The position numbers and the translations under genes are program-made. A DNA stretch of 63,980 nucleotides, the filler included, from Octopus bimaculoides (taxonomy: Eukaryota): the NCBI RefSeq assembly GCF_001194135.2. It is 9 parts of 8 records of this genome, joined end to end, with 100 filler letters (N's around TTAATTAATTAA, not from the genome) between each part and the next. Parts side by side here need not be neighbours in the genome. Positions count along the whole stretch, not along the records: positions 62,844 to 63,980 come from NC_068994.1; 8 more parts are not named here. One strand, 5' to 3'. Positions 63,078 through 63,980 of this stretch are shown piece by piece (the first letter of the stretch is position 1; each line of letters begins with the position of its first letter). The notes below the pieces were generated by a model, which worked only from the letters and a program-made list of their open reading frames with translations, was not told the DNA's origin and did no database searches.

Positions 63078-63973
63078 CGTGGTCTGATCAATAAGTATCT
63101 GGACCGTTGCCATAGAAACGAAGCTAAAGCACGCAGAATGAAGCCACTAGGCACAGATTCACTTTGCCCTCTGCTGTGTATGCACACTAAGTTTTAACGT
63201 TCTAGCTTACTTCCCTTGTTCATAACAGTGCTTGGAAGTAACGTGTGTAACATGTGATCATCGCATTGACCATGACAGAAAAAGTTGTCATGGTGATACC
63301 TGCTCAGAGACCTACGTAAAAGTTGCAGAAAGTGTATGGAGAGGAGCGAATGAGTCGCACACAAGTGTAGGAGTGTTTCAGACGCTTCCAAGATGGTCGA
63401 GAAAATGTCGATAGTGATGAACGTTCTGGGAGACCCGTAACCAACAGAACTGAGAAAAACGTCGCAGATGTGCTTGCAGCTGTGAGAAGAAATCGTTGAA
63501 TCACCATTTATGAGTTAGCAGAGGATGTGCAGATTAGTTACGATCCAGTTTAGTCCATTATCACTGAAGATTTGGGTATGAGACCCGAGTCTGCCAAGTT
63601 TGTGTCAAAACTGCTTTCAGCTGACCAAAATGACACTTGAATTTCAGTTGCACAAAATCTCTTTGATTGTGTCGAGAACGATGAAATCTTTTTGAAAATT
63701 TTGCGTAGGCCACTGAACAGGTATCGCCAAGCTTTTGGCAAAAGGTGATGCAAATTCTCTGCTCAACTTTCTCTGTCATGGTCAATGCGACGATCACACG
63801 TTACACACGTTACTTTCAAGCACTGCTGTAAACAGCAGAGGTGAACCAGAACGTTAAAACTTAGTGCACATGCACAGTAGAATTGAAGGTCAATCTATGC
63901 AAAGCGGCTTCAATCTGCATGTTTTACCTTCGTTACTATGGCAACAGTCCGGATACTTATTGATCAGACCAGT
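63078..63973. mobile_element. mariner derivative composed of two 5' ends in inverted orientation
   Basis: TIRs ggtctgatcaataagtatc(t/c)ggac(c/t)gttgccatag at both ends. Plus arm encodes ...FQDGRENVDSDERSGRP...IITEDLGMR...AKFVSKLL; minus arm encodes MTEKVEQRICITFCQKLGDTCSVAYAK. Confidence 0.9.
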
Positions 63974-63980
63974 ATATATA

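Overview
This is a fragmented, AT-rich eukaryotic window with many assembly gaps, long microsatellites and dense transposable elements. The SINE families and repeat spectrum point to an octopus or other cephalopod genome; this is an inference and was not checked against a database. I could not support any intact host protein-coding gene, rRNA, true tRNA or CRISPR array. Almost all ORFs in the supplied track are microsatellite translations, N-gap artefacts or fragments of decayed transposon genes. Identifiable elements: (1) a CsRn1-like Gypsy LTR retrotransposon (LTR, tRNA-Trp PBS, gag, protease and RT) and two solo LTRs of another family in opposite orientation; (2) Penelope-like elements (PLEs) of two types; (3) LINE remnants of the R4/Dong, RTE, CR1-group, CRE, Ingi-like and L1/Tx1 clades; (4) Tc1/mariner transposons (DD34E twice, DD37E TRT-like, DD37D maT, mariner); (5) Helitron/Helentron-type non-autonomous elements, MITEs and at least three tRNA-derived SINE families. 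The most interesting signals are several minimal hammerhead-ribozyme motifs (one intact and fused to a tRNA-SINE fragment, one with a greatly extended stem II), an AT-rich PLE derivative that seems to lack its GIY-YIG core, a mariner built from two left ends, an RTE with a twin-priming-like inversion at a 16-bp palindrome, Dong/R4 junctions in (TAA)n arrays, and a five-unit tandem array of a motif that is otherwise dispersed as single copies. Eight 100-bp spacers (44N-TTAATTAATTAA-44N) are artificial scaffold joins, so adjacency across them is unproven. Element boundaries are approximate unless a terminal repeat or target-site duplication (TSD) is given.
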